From an uncultured bacterium (GTDB taxonomy: Bacteria; Fidelibacterota; Marinisomatia; Marinisomatales; UBA1611), in contig CALSPG010000002.1 in NCBI GenBank assembly GCA_943788175.1, forward strand, positions 37,317 through 101,316: a stretch of DNA of 64,000 nt, in the 5' to 3' direction. The notes below the pieces were generated by a model. It saw only the letters and a program-made list of their open reading frames with translations, did not search any database and had not been told where the DNA came from. Positions 63,241-64,000 of the stretch are shown here, in pieces. The position numbers were made by a program, and so were the translations under genes. Position 1 is the stretch's first letter. Each line of letters starts with the position of its first letter.

Positions 63241-64000
63241 TTAAGCTTCAACCTCTCTACCAACAAATAAATTCTTTATGATTCTGTCACTAATTTCCCC
63301 AGTGAGGTATTCAGCTTTGACAGAAGTTGAATTCGAATTTATTACGGACTTAGTTATATGCAAATGATTATCGGCATTCAATGCAATTTGCGGGAGATGA
63401 GTAATACATATAACTTGTTTATGGGTAGATAATTTTTTTAAATGATTTGATACTTTTTTTGCTGTTTCTCCAGAAATACCAGTATCAATTTCATCAAAAA
63501 TTAATGTTGTTACTGGATTCTTATCTTGAAAAACCGTTTTTATGGCTAACATTATTCTAGACATTTCACCACCTGATGCAATTGAAGCCATTGGCTTTAT
63601 TGGCTCTCCAGGATTTGCGGATAAGAAGAACTCTACTTGATCAATGCCATTTGAAAATATTTTTACTGGCTTATCTTCATTTTTCATGAAACTAGAGTCA
63701 TCAGAGACATTAGATATTTTAATTTCAAATTTGGCATGCTTCATATTAAGCAAAGCTAGCGATGCTTCAATTTTATTTGATAAAATACCAATTTTTGAAT
63801 TTCTTTTTGCGGAAATTTTATTCGCAACTTTAATATATTTATTTTCATAATCTTTAATTTTATTTTTTAAATCAGAATCTGATTGAGCATAAGTAGAAAG
63901 TTCATTTATTTGTTTTTTAATTTGTTTTTCATTTTCAAAAATAGATTCAATCGAGCCTCCATATTTCCTTTTTAAAGTTTCTACTACGCTTATTCTATCC
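63241..64000 (-). CDS. recN: DNA repair protein RecN (C-terminal part; 5' end outside the window)
   Basis: ASGGEMSR, IFDEIDTGISG, CITHLPQIA. The frame stays open to the window edge. Confidence 0.95.
   Translation of the reverse strand, partial: DRISVVETLKRKYGGSIESIFENEKQIKKQINELSTYAQSDSDLKNKIKDYENKYIKVANKISAKRNSKIGILSNKIEASLALLNMKHAKFEIKISNVSDDSSFMKNEDKPVKIFSNGIDQVEFFLSANPGEPIKPMASIASGGEMSRIMLAIKTVFQDKNPVTTLIFDEIDTGISGETAKKVSNHLKKLSTHKQVICITHLPQIALNADNHLHITKSVINSNSTSVKAEYLTGEISDRIIKNLFVGREVEA

Overview
AT-rich bacterial window. Gene content and protein style suggest a marine FCB-group organism, most likely Marinisomatota/SAR406 (inference). Left part (1 to ~15.3 kb): an accessory island built at a tRNA-Arg(CCG) 3' end. 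It holds an ~11.3-kb tyrosine-integrase element (2808-14164, 14-bp anticodon-loop core repeat) with int, xis-like and rep-like genes plus cargo, a neighbouring integrase-less GH3 cassette, and an orphan terminase small subunit. A composite att-end module (GTGTCC arm repeats, 10-bp-phased TGAYAA repeats, terminator, tRNA 3' remnant) recurs three to four times, mostly right behind a gene stop codon. Middle part (15.4-29.5 kb): two DPP-IV-like S9 peptidases, pxpBCA, dinB, a family-5 UDG, a PpiD-like protein and an unexplained 656-aa putative nucleic-acid-binding protein. At 29.5-30.6 kb there is a candidate selenoprotein missed by the ORF track (thioredoxin UxxC, in-frame TGA, SECIS-like hairpin, TPR-like C-terminus). 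Right part (30.6-64 kb): a long minus-strand housekeeping run (accA, glycosyltransferases, rfbD, lgt, lepA, nadE, asnS, lptE, galE, uvrB, uvrC, mce, a dgcA/dgcN-like pair, trkH, trkA, murA, recN). Six genes are split by +1 single-base insertions, mostly in homopolymers, probably sequencing or assembly errors. No CRISPR array, rRNA or intact tRNA was seen.
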